A DNA stretch of 64,000 nucleotides from Bispira polyomma. Its lineage: Eukaryota. The notes beneath the pieces are model-generated. The model did no database searches. It was not told where the DNA came from and saw only the letters and a program-made list of their open reading frames with translations. The translations under genes were made by a program, and so were the position numbers. The stretch is taken from positions 101,990,001 to 102,054,000 of the forward strand of contig OZ287751.1 in the NCBI GenBank assembly GCA_965649765.1, written 5' to 3'. Shown in pieces: positions 1-12,800 of the stretch (position 1 is the stretch's first letter; every line of letters starts with the position of its first letter).

Positions 1-1149
1 ACATTTCTGGTTTAGACTGGTGTCCACATGTCCACGGGAGAGTATCCAGAGAATTGTATACCTTCATATACACCTCACCCGATGAACTATGGGCTTTTTG
101 TCCTCACGCAAAAATTCACACTGATATTTTGACTTCTCTTTTTTAGGAATTAGTCACGTTATTTTTATGATTTAACCAGATCAGTGTTTACATTGACTAA
201 ATACCATAAATCACTTAATTACCTTATAATACCCTCCTTTAGAAAAAGCCCTAGCTATCACCCCATTAAGTTGCTCATCTTGCAGTTTTTTGGTCATTAT
301 TCCGGGTATTATTGTAGAAGTATGACTCACTTTATAGGCATGGTTTACACAGAACTCACTAGTTAATTGACTTATTGTTCAGTATATTGTATGAGAGAGG
401 AGAGACTTTATCATAGCTGACTCACACCTGATATATTAACACAGTTTCTAGTTGTTGGTCCAGTAGTTAATTCGTGTAGCCATTCTATTCACAGATTACA
501 GTGGTTTTAATACACACCCTGCTAGTTTTCTGTGTAAAACTGAGTCACACATAAAGAACCTTCACCTTTTTAAGAATCAGAAAGACTTCATATGTATGTA
601 GAGTAAAACAAAACAAATAAGCAACCATCACTAAAACAAACAAGGAAATGCTTCAGCAACACGGAATCAGAACCATCCCTCAAGCAAAGCATTAAACATT
701 TACAGACAAGAAGGAAATAAATGGTTTGCACTAAAGATGAAAACCATTCAACATTTTAAACTCAGTTTTGAATCCTTGAACTCATTTATTGACATTTCTT
801 GCATGTTCTCTTTAATTTATTTTCGCTTTAATTGCTGTGTAGCACTTTTGTTTTTTGTTAATTTTTAATTTAATTTTTTTTTCAACCACGGCACTACAGA
901 CATGTGAATACCTACACAGCTGCACAAGCTCCACCCCTAAGTACATCAAATAATTAACTCTCCAGGGCTTCAGTCAGGGCAATACAACAGGGAAACCTTT
1001 CTTTTTAGTTGTCTACAGGCAATGCTTTATCTCCCAGTTTTCAAAGACAAACGGTAATTAAAACCCAAACATTCTTCCCTAAAAGCGGAAGGGTATTTTT
1101 TCGGGGGAAGTGCAAAGAATTCAAAGTGCAGCATGAACTATAGGCTGGT

Positions 1150-1245
1150 GGGTCGTCACATGACGTAAAAAAGTGTCATGTGGTCACGTCACGTGACTCG
1201 AATATATTCAAATCAGGTGACGTCAGAAGAAAGGCGGGACAAATT
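1150..1245. promoter_or_regulatory. Dense E-box/CRE/GC-box cluster
   Basis: GTCACATGAC 1155-1164, GTCACGTGAC 1188-1197, TGACGTCA 1218-1225 and GGCGGGA 1233-1239 all fall within 90 bp. Confidence 0.35.
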
Positions 1246-3417
1246 TAGACTAACAATGCTGAATGTACGAAATCCTTGTGTTTTGTACAATAAACTACAC
1301 GAGTATGTTGTTTATCTTTTGGACACTTCTTGGCTGATTTTATGCTAACTTTCCTTAGAAATAGTTTCTAAAACGTTTTGTCTATAAGCCACCCCAAATG
1401 TCCAGCCTTTGGTCACGCTTTGTTTACAAGATTTGAGCTGGTACTAACAAAGATTCTTTGTCTGAATATTTTTTGGCCCAGTCAAATTTTTTTGTTGAAT
1501 ATATTGCTACAATGGATCTAATTGGCTGAGGCTAAGAAAAGGTCCCAGATTAATTGTGAATACTAGCCATATCGTCTGCACAGAAATACACTTGTGTAAT
1601 AAGATATAATGACTATAAACGCGTGGTATATTACCGTAAGTACACAATAGTAGCCCAGAAAGGGATTGTCAATATTACCAGATACTCACAGAAGTGCACG
1701 TTTTTGATAGAAAACGTAGACAAACAAATCTGAACATGTTTTACAGTTTACTAGAATCTGGGGATTGTCAAAAAACGTCTTTTAACTAAATATCTTATGT
1801 AAATAGACTTTACTACAACTTAAACTGAGAAAAACATAATAGTTTAGTGGCTGCTATTTTTTCAAAAATCTCCAGCCTAACACAGACTTCAGTTTAACTC
1901 TAAGGGTCTGACTACATATTAAACTCAGAGCTAAAATCTATATTAAAATCAATGGTTTGCAATATTGGGTTGATATTGCATTATAAGACAAGGACTTCCA
2001 TTTCACCTTCACTTGTGTGGAGTCGGAAGTGGGACTTAGTGGTTTTGGGAAAATACGGGTCCAGATTTTTATTTATTTATTTATTGCTTTAGAAAAGACC
2101 AGCTTTTCTCAAAATAACTGGGCAAAGTGTATGATGATTATGTATGGGATGTTTAAAGAAGAAAGTGTATGATAATTTTGTATGGGATGTTTAAAGAATA
2201 TGAGGATTTGTTTCACTTTCTCCCGAATTAAACATGTTTCCCTCTATTTGTTATACAAAGTTCGGTGTTTTCAATAAGATAATATTTTAAAAAGAGATGT
2301 AGATAAATTCACTTAATTTTGAATGTTGTGAACTCCACTGGATATCTGTGTCTTTGCCAAGTTAGGAGACACACAGTAAGATATATTCAATACACAGCCA
2401 TCTGGTACCTGACTTATCTACTTAAAACCTAGTTGACTAACATCTAATTCCGTGTTATAACTACATGTATTTTTTACTTACTCCTACAACGAACAAACAA
2501 CATTCAAGTGTTAGAAGTGCATATTTAACAAGTTATTTCAAGTCTTTTACAATTTGTACAAAAGTTTAAAAACAAGTAATTTGTGTAGACCTGAAAGTAT
2601 GTGCAATCATTAACAATGGTTTTTAAAACAATAATAGCATTTGAAGCCACAGTTTTAACAACACAAAAGACTACGCCACTATACTAAGTGGTATGGTACC
2701 CTCATTGGTATCACATTTTGTAGAATGAAATATAAAGGGTACACCATCTTTAATAAACAAACTCATGCTCAAATTCATGTACACAAACATTGTGGGAAGA
2801 ATGGGACACGCATACAAATTGATTAAGTCTCATGTCCATTGGTTGGTTGGTCTGTTACCACGATTACTGGTTGATTAATAATAACATTTGTTGGAAGAAT
2901 TTGGCACAGGCCACGAAAGACTCTGTTCAATTTTAGTGCCAATCCAGTTAGAAGGAAGAAGTTATCGTTTCTGTTTTTAGGAACTTTGTGGTCTCAGTGA
3001 AAGGTATGCATTCTACTGAGTGGCCCTATAGATTTAAACCTTCTCACATTTGTTTTTACAAATACCACCTTTGCATGGATATGCTAATAGGGCTTCTTTT
3101 GGAAAATACCCTCATGTTGTAGTCGGCTTGATATAGTTGATATACAAAATCAATATTTCTGTAAACTGTACAGATATAAGAATATATATAAGACTTGTAC
3201 ATTATATAATGTTAACAATCAACAACAAATAAATAGAAAATACAGTGGAGGAGATATACACATACAAAACCACAACAGTTTCTTGTTGACAACAGACACA
3301 CACACAAAGAACTGTATATCTGTTTGTCTACAACACATACCATACACACCACTACTATTTGTACTGTTACACTCTATACACACATATATATATATACATA
3401 TATATACATCTATTGCA

Positions 3418-3879
3418 CTATTTACAGGTATGCACTTCCACTGTTTTCTCACAAGTCCGACACTTCACATCACAGCACCACTGGAACTTGCAATGACAGC
3501 GTTCTTTCACCTTCATCTTGTAGGTGTTATGTCCGCGCCCACAACACATTAGTTCGCAGCCGTCCAGACCGGCCGAGTCTTTCGTACAGTATCTGCCCTG
3601 AGTGCCCGGTGACCCTGTCACAGGGTCGTAATTACAGTAATCGGGTGACTCGTCCAGATAGATCAAGTCCTCCCGTGTGGGTTTATTGTATCTCTTGTTT
3701 TTACGGCGTAGTCTGGTGCCGTGTTTATTGAAGGAAACCTCTGAGGCCCCATCATAACGCTCTTTCAGGTGGTTCCCCGTCTCCCGGAAACGAGGCAACT
3801 GGTTCCAACAGGTTTTTAAACTACAGGATCCAGAAACGCCGTGGCATTTACAGGCGACCTTGACGTGTTTGGAGACAGA
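3418..3879 (-). CDS. Wnt5: Wnt5 last coding exon ([14 protein letters not shown]...VHTCK*)
   Basis: Acceptor tttttgtattttcag|TCT at 3880/3879. Encodes the Cys-rich Wnt C-terminus and ends at the TAG at 3420..3418. Confidence 0.95.
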   Translation of the reverse strand, partial: SVSKHVKVACKCHGVSGSCSLKTCWNQLPRFRETGNHLKERYDGASEVSFNKHGTRLRRKNKRYNKPTREDLIYLDESPDYCNYDPVTGSPGTQGRYCTKDSAGLDGCELMCCGRGHNTYKMKVKERCHCKFQWCCDVKCRTCEKTVEVHTCK

Positions 3880-6800
3880 CTGAAAATACAAAAAGAATGG
3901 GTGAAATGTACATTAAGTATGTGTTAGTTACATGTAATTGTGATATTGATGGTGTAGTGGCTAAGAGCATTTCAATCTGTATCAGAGGGTCACAGGAACG
4001 ATCCTTTCATCAGGTCTGGGAATTGCGTGTTTTGTGCAGTCTGTATTTGTTAACTGTCACATCAGTTTGTGAATCAGTTTTTCTGCTACTGTTGTAAATA
4101 ACATTGTTGAAAATAAAAAAGGCTTAAAAAACACAATTATACCCTTTGACTAGGCACTTCATACAGGTAGTATATTACTGGGTAGCTGATGTCCTGGAGT
4201 CTTTGACCTGCCCGTGGTACAGCATGGCTAGTGTAGCAATATATGGCTAGTTTGCTCTCTCAGGGATCTGAGAAGGAACTATGAATTGACGCCACCCCCC
4301 CCCCCCCCCCCCCCCCCCCATCAGGTGTGATATCAAACCATAAACCAATATTTACATCATTTGGAACTTTTGGGCCGAATATGCTTATTGCAATTTGCAG
4401 TCAGGGGTCTCATTATGAACTTTTTAGACCACTGGACGTGTGGTACCACACTAAGTATGAAAAATAACATCAAAGGGGGTTTAAACAAGGTTTAGGTGTA
4501 TATAAATCTCACCAAAAATTTCACTTTTCACCACAAAATAATAACATTAAAACAGTGTTTTAACTAAACAAGGGGTGTTGGTCTTTACAGCACGGAAGCG
4601 GAAGAGCCCATATAATGGAAGATATATGTAACAATAATAGAATGTAACTATAATATTATATAAAAGGGAAGCAACCAGTGGAAGTAACCACGGCCAAAAC
4701 CTCAAGATGGCGGAAGTCATGTGACTTGCTGGTCGTACGACCTGTTACAGTGGCCAGTGATGGTGGTCTGGTACCCTAGGATTAAGTCAACAACTGGTGG
4801 CTTTTTGTAACAATGTACAAGTAATTTGTGTTGTGGTCAAAAGATACACACAGAGAAAATACCACAAAAAGGTACAGTTGATATAGATTGGTGTGTTATA
4901 AAGGCATTCGTGTTACGTTAAACCAAGTAAGAAATCAAATCAAGAAATCATTGCTTGAACTAAAGTTAATGTATTTGTTTTACAAGTGAACTGGGAGATT
5001 AAAGTTTTTCCTAATGAATAATAGTGAAATTAATTGTAGTGAAATTTAGTCATAGCTATAATAATATTTCGAGTATTATAAAATAATTCCAGTGATATAG
5101 TAAATTTGAAGTATGCATCTGTCTGTAACATTGATGTCACATTAGCCAGTGAGTAGTAAAATCCCCCCTAATAGCCTGAGGCCAGTCACACACACTCACA
5201 CACACTCACACATACACACACTCACACACACAAACCCCCTATTCTTCAGTCCCTTCCAATTATGACATTTTTCATACTCTTAACTCACAAAACACGGACA
5301 CACATATTACTTGGGAAGTAAAAAGCATTCAATTTGAGGGAGGTAGACATGATTCATGGGGCTGTGTGACCCCAAGGTTAAACACCCTCTGTTAAAGTCT
5401 ACCCCTCCCTAACTACCTACCCCCCCCCCCCCTTCTCTATTTAACTAATCTAGCCTGACTAAAGGCTTAAACTTATTTTTTTTACAAACTTCTTACATTT
5501 AGGTACCATGGGGATATCACACAGAGTTAAACACCCTCTATTTAAGTTCCTGCTTCACTTTACTACTCTGTTTAACTGATCCTAGCCTTACAGAGGGCTC
5601 AACACATAGAACATTTAGTACAATTATAACACCACCCAACGTGCAGGACACTCTTACATTTTAACCAGATACCTTTCTCCTTAACAACAAATGAAAGTGG
5701 TTGGTAAAAAATAACTATCAATACACAATCCACTACTGCCAAAATCCAAAGCCTTCAACGTGTTTAGACCGAACATAGTAGAACCAGATAACCAGTGTAC
5801 AAGTTTCATCAATAATGTTTTAGATAGCTGCCAGAGAGAGGTTAGATTTTCACCAAATATATATTTTTCTTCACCAAACCCAAGGCAGGGATTTTAATGT
5901 ATTAATAATTAAAGAGTTTGTGAGCGGCGTACATGTGTAATAAATTGAGGTGTTCTTCTTAAGGTGACATAGACATTGATACAGTAAGAGAGGGTGTCTT
6001 AAAGAAACCCATAGATCTTACAGAATTATTACCTCTAAAGACATAAATCCTGTAGCATTATAACACCACCCCATTCTGGTAACTGGACAGAAACACACAA
6101 CAAACCAAACCCCAGAGTTTGTAAATCGACCAAAGTTTTCTGCCAATACCTCTTTGCTAATGATTTTTTTAAATCTTATTTTACATATTCATTTTTAATA
6201 AATATTTCAACAAAGAATGGATGATTCTTAGCCCCTATATTCAAAAGCTTGCAGAATAAAATCAAATTTATTAAAAGAATGTGAAAAGTCCCATTAAATG
6301 CTGTAGACACTTACACAACGAGGAGACAACTTTTAATAAGACTTAGTTCAATCTCATATTTTAAAATGTACATGTTAGACCCAGCTTCTGATTTGTAAAT
6401 CTTAAGATTGGCTATAACCCAACTGGTAGCCTATCTTATTCACTTTGAATATACCATTGAATATGTAACAGAACAAAAATTTATTATAAGACAGTGCTGT
6501 TTTTAAATTTCCGTTAAATTTCGTCTACCCCAAGTCAGTTTCTTTTTTTTTTTTTTACTTTTCCCGCGGTCCATATTTTCTTGGACTTCCTGCGGTGAAG
6601 TTTTTCCGTCCCGTCAACCAAGATAATGTATAAAAGTATTGGCATCCAGATTCCCAGGAATGCTTACCACTCAATGTTTGTCTTATACCTCCGTACCAAA
6701 CACTTATTTATACAACAACCTTAGTTTGGTAGGTTCTTCTATTGTAAGTTATGTAGAAAAATGATTGTGAGGAAAAAACCAGCATCAAGAAACTCAGATC

Positions 6801-9800
6801 TCTACCACTATTGTTTACGGCAGTTTGTATTCAACATTTCCTCGAGAGAAAGATAGTGATCTGTATAAACAGAGAATTTTTGTGGTCTACAAGTTTAATG
6901 TATGAATGTAATAAACAATGGAGTAAGCATCGAGCAATCAATATATAATTAATGAATTTATTTCAGTCCCAGTCTAAATGGACAGGAAATTCTGATTATG
7001 TAGGTAGAAACAGGTGTGTTTTCACTAATATCTTTAATATATTTAATATATTTCCCTTCTATCACTAAATATCTTAGAAATCCCCAAAACTTGTGATGTG
7101 TTTCTTATATATTTATTACACAAGCTTTATTTATCTATAAAGTCAAGCAGACCTAAAAAAACACACTTTTGTTGATCATATATGATATAATAATATAAAC
7201 ATTTCTATGGGGGCAGTTACATTTCTATGTGTGACTTGATTCTTTTATCATTCTATCAAGTGATCCATTTGAAAGTTTTCTCCTTTTTTGCTGTATAATC
7301 ACCAAATGTACACAGACACACCTTTTTGATGACTGTTGTATAAAAACCCAGAGGATTGACTTTGATAACCAAATTACACACTCCTCCCTACTGGTGTCAC
7401 TCGGCCGAGCAACTGTCTTTGGTGTGGCAGCTTTTGGAAAACCTTGGGGTGTATATATTCAAGGAATGATTCTCCACCACCATAGTTCTCCATAGTCTGC
7501 CTTTTATTATATTGACACATTTAGATCATATGAAATTGTATACAGACAGGGACATTTTACTGGTGTGCTGGTTTTTAATAGATACACTGTCTTAGTTACA
7601 GCACCATCTGGCTGTATCAAACTGTATATTTTTTTCAGAATCTTATTTAGATGAGCAATAATATGGCATCGTTTTCTGTCAAAAAAAAAAATAATATTCA
7701 GGCTTGTTTTTTTTTAAATGGACGATAATAGCGGATATTATATGTTTATTTAGGTGGGCGATAATATCAGATACTTTGACAGTGAAGTGACACATATATG
7801 TCGTCTGTTTTCGGTTACCCTTACTAAAGTCTTGTTACTTTGCAGTAATAACACACATGAAGGAAGGTTGAGTTATGACCAGGGTGATTCCAAGAGATGT
7901 TTTACACACCATAAATTGTTACAAAACACTAGTTTTAGAAACCCCCCAATTACAGACCTTCAAAATACGAGTATACGGGTGGAATGAGGGGAACATTCGG
8001 TAATTGATACTCCTTTAGTAAAAAACAATCTATGTTTAAAGGAAGATATACATAAAAAGTTTGGTACCAGGGAAACATGAGGTCTATTTGTCCAGAATTT
8101 GACCCCCAAACCCTTCAAATGACAAGAGGGGGTTATGGGGGAGGGGGGCTGTCCCGGGGGAGGGGCTGGGGGTCAATGGTGTATGTGTGAGCTTTTGTGT
8201 AGAAGTACAATAAGGGTATGACATCTAACTAATACATTAAAATCCACTCACTAAGGGTGGTCTGTAATCAGTCGACACTTAATTAGACACCTTAGTTTTT
8301 AATGCTCCCCTGTTTAATCACTGTCCATTTCTGGTCTTGTAATACTTTGTCATATCACACCCTCCCACCCCCAGCTCCACCCCAATTCCCCCCCCCCCTC
8401 ACAAATATGACAACATCTATATGTTATGACTTCAAAGACAAGGGTTTCTCAAGTTAATAATAAAAAAATCAAACAACTATGTAATATGTATAATTTACAC
8501 AATCTTTTAACAACAAATCAGTAGTTTTCCCCCTCAAGCTATCCCAGAATGCATCTGCGACATGTATTACTTCCGGCGCTGGTGGTAATTTAAAAGCATG
8601 CCTTTTTTTGGTCCTGAGCAGACGACAATTTCCATTAGTACACACATACAAGTTTCAGTTTTGTTTATAGCCTGCAGTCAATCAGATTACAAAAACAAAC
8701 TGTTGATTAAAAAAGAGATATACACTACTTATAAATAAAGTTTTTTATAACTCTTTCAAGTTTCCAGTGGGCTAAAGCTGAACAGGCTATGTCCACGTTA
8801 ACGTGGAGGTAGCCTATGGGAGGGATGCTTGGTTTACAGCTTTACCAACTTATCAGTAAGTATTTGGACACTACATGTGTGTGTGTGTATGTGTGTGTGT
8901 ATGTTTACTTATACTGTATGTTCTGATACTATAATCATATTACAATAACTTTAAGTTTGAGTGCATGAAAATATGTACAATCAATTGATTTGTTTGTTCT
9001 AATAATACAAAGTGTAATAGCTACCAACAAAGCATTCAGTTGAGAACATACTTCTGCCAAGGTGCCATTTATTGCCATGGTCATCTATAAGACCTTCAAC
9101 TGGATCCGCTCCAAACCAAAACTTTAGAGATTCTTCACGATAACTATTTTATATTTCTGCCAATAAATTACACAATTTGCATGCTAGGGGTTAAATATTT
9201 TTAGTCCAAACTTAAGAAAAAAGCTATTCTTTCATTGATATTTATGTCATCTTATTGATAAGGAGATCAAAGTGTCTAAACCAAGAGAGTTTGATAAAGG
9301 AGATCACAATTCAGTGCATGCCTTGGCATCTATTACAGACAGGCTAGTGTCGGCTATAGAAGTAGGCTAGCCTTGGCTGGAGGCTTGAGGCTGATCTTTT
9401 TTGTGGGAAACTTCTCAAAAGAGTTATTTTTTAATATTAAATTTAAATATATATGCAAACAATAAATGTATCACAAAGTACTGTTATGACTTGTAATGGG
9501 GGTGATATTTCCTTGCAAGACAGGAAAAATTGTAATTGTAATTAAACTTTTATAGAGCTTAATCTCCCCTTAACGAAGGGGGCTCTAAAGCGCAAAAAAA
9601 TGGAAAGAAAGTTTTTGTTTTCTCTGTAAAACATACCAAGAGGGCTGGATTAAGTATTTGTTCTTTTGCTGCCCCAATGTTATGGAATAGCCTCCCTGTT
9701 GAGCTTAGATTACCAGAAAATCTTTGTAGATTTAGGAAAAACCTTCTAACTTATCTTGTCAAACTCCCCTGCCCCTCCTTAGTTCCCGATCCCTGTACAC

Positions 9801-12800
9801 CTCCACATCCTTCCTTACGACCTGATTATGTTTGTGGGACTTCTCTATTGGTTAATTGATTCTTTTGTTGTACTTTAGAAGATGCATCACATCAATAAGG
9901 TGCATTACAAATGCATAATACAATACAGACCTAGTTACATAGCTACTCAAACATAAAACATATTATTATAAATAAGTTACATTAGACTTTTTCAAATATA
10001 ATTTAAAATGTTCGATATTTCCTCTTTTTGAATACTGTGCCTTTTTACGTCTAAGAATATTTTTTGATACTCTCAGACGTTATCGTTTGTATTAGCATTT
10101 AATACTTGTTTGAACTTTTTATTATCTTGCAACTATGAAGTATTTTTGAGGTAGTGTTTGTATTGTAATAAAAATCAGGTTATTATATCTTATTGTTGAA
10201 ATGTCTTGTTTTTTATGTGTGATATGTTTTACCTTTTTTTAAAAATAATTTTGGCTTTTTAAAAATGTAACATTTTGTAAAATTAGGCTACTATAAGAAC
10301 ATATCTTTCTCTGTGTGTGGAATAGAAGAAATGATGAGGGCATCTTGTGTTAGTTAGCTGTACATTTCATCAATAGTTAGTTAGCTGTACATTTCATCAA
10401 TTATACAGAGATAACTTGAGCCTTCAGCGAGACTAGAGCTTTATACAAAAGGGACTGATTTTACTCTCACAAAATACACACACTGGATTATTTAATCTAA
10501 AGGGGGAAAAACAGTCATTTTAAATCAACTTTAGTCAACACCAAACTGTTCTTAGGTGTGTCGCTGACTGGTTAGCACTGAGAAGTTTGTCAAAACAGTA
10601 AAAAATAGAGGTAAACAAAACTAAATATATGCAGAAAAAACAAGTAGAACAGAGCAAAAAAAAACACAGCTTCTATAAGATTTTCTCATCCCTCAAAAAT
10701 CATAGATATAATGCAAGATATCTTAGTTTTAGATACTATAATTTTTGTTTTGCTAACATTTAACCTAAAACATTGGCATTGGTAGAAGTTGAAAATTTAA
10801 TGTGTAGCTATTTTAACTTTTGAGACTGGATAGTAAAACTTAATTCAAAGTGAATATTTAAACCAATAAAGGTATATAAAATGATAAAATAATAACCAAA
10901 AGTGTAAATTGATTTTACAAAAACATCTCTTAAAAACAGTGTTATTAATTTATTCAAATGCAAAGGAGAGACACACAGGCAGATCCAGAATGTGGACAGC
11001 CCCCTCCCTCCTCCCCACCCCACCCTCTCCCACCCCCTTCTGGATCAAATGAGAGGCATGTCTCTAACAAAGCATGTGTTGATGAGAATGCCAGAATCTG
11101 GATCAAAGGTGACATGAGAAAGGGCCTTGTTGGATTTTTAACTTTCACAGGATGTACAATAAGATCCAAGGGAAATCCGGAGAGATCCGCAGATAATGGT
11201 ACTGATTAATCAGGGAGGTGTATATAAAGCGGCTTTAGAGAACTTCACCAATATTGATATCTGTGTCCCAGTGTAGAAAGTGTGTGATATGTGAGGTCAA
11301 TATTGACACCCAGTACAGGAAGGGTGAGAACAAATTGTCGTCTGCTCAGTGGTATAAAGGGCGGGAATATATTCCTACCCACACTGCAACTCGATCTGTT
11401 TAAATATATATCCTGGCAAATAGGAAAACAGCAGAGGTTTGTCTTCTATCTGTTTGTTTGTCTATTTCTGACAAAGTCATCAAAAGTTTTGTAAAAAAAC
11501 ACAATAAAAGAATACTCTTTGTTCTATCTCCTACTCTGCTGGGGAGGTGGGGGGTTAGGGGGAGGTCTGCCTTCCGGGGGTAATATTTATGCTCTCTGGG
11601 ACACACCAATCAGCTCACAGAGAAAGAACATAAGAGTATGGAGAAATCGCCGCGGCTAGTGTGTGACTGTCTTGATGTGTGCCGATTTCCGCCCGATCAG
11701 CCCGAAATAAGGGACACCCCGGGAGGCAAGTGATTTGGAGCGTTAGTAATCCCCAAACAAAGCTTTAGGTTTACATGGCTGGGGGTGGTTTTTTAGATCT
11801 TCGGAAAACAAGACATACCACAATATGCCAAGTGTTGTACATGATTGGGGGGGAGGGGGGTTTACAGGGAGGAGGGAGGGAGTGGGGGCTAATAGTGAAA
11901 GAATAAAGAAGACCTAGGCTTCTGTCACAAATAAATCTCGAACTCAGTCCATAAATTTGGATTCACTTAAAGGGGTTGGTTTGTATAAGACAACAAATGA
12001 ATAGGGTTGAGGGGGATTTTTTGTCAGTCTATAAAAGCATTTAAATCATGATAAATGGTCAGAATGGAAGAGCTTTGTAAGGTACCTATAAATTTGTCAT
12101 GTTTTGAAAAGGGCTTTTAGTTGATGCCTAAATTTGTTCCCATTCTACAATAGCTACAGGAGCTTTTGGGAACTTCACTTAAAAGTTAGTTTTACACCTT
12201 AAAGTTTTTTAAATGCACAATTGTAGCACAGAGAAAAAAGCATCTCCTTCTGACCTGGCAATTAAATTGTTTATTTATAAATAAATAATATGAATATTCC
12301 CCTAATATTATTGGTAAAAAACAGAACCTTAATTAGCTATTAAATGCCACTTTATTACTATGTCAAAATTTTGTTTTAAAAAAATCATTTTGAAAAGGGT
12401 CCAATTTGTCATGTGTACAGTTCCCATCAGTTCCCCCTTAAGTGGAGTCTGTCTTCCAATCAGAGAGTTCTATAGGCCCCAGTCAGGAGATGGTCATTCA
12501 AGTCTCCATTAATCAGTATAGGTTGTCAGCTGATGCTGTGGGGGACACAAATACACACTGATAACAAACAGAGGCTGGTATGGACTGCAAGAGGGAGTGG
12601 AGTTTGGGGATTCAATATGGAGTTCTGAAGAAAGTACATACATTGTATGCTATCAAAAGTTTGGAATTCTACCATAGGTCAATTCCTAAGTAAACTAAGT
12701 TCTGCTAGTGAATTACCTAAGCTTTGTAACCCTATCAAGTCATTCAGACAAGTAGACTGATTACAAAGATATGTCTGCTTTTTATGCTGAACGAAAGTGG

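Noticed and set aside
780-3417. Precise 3' UTR end and poly(A) site
   Set aside because: Several minus-strand AATAAA candidates exist (for example about 785, 817 and 2068) and cannot be ranked without transcript data.
9260-11110. TCF/LEF sites (ATCAAAG) as Wnt feedback elements
   Set aside because: Short AT-rich words expected by chance at this frequency and not clustered.
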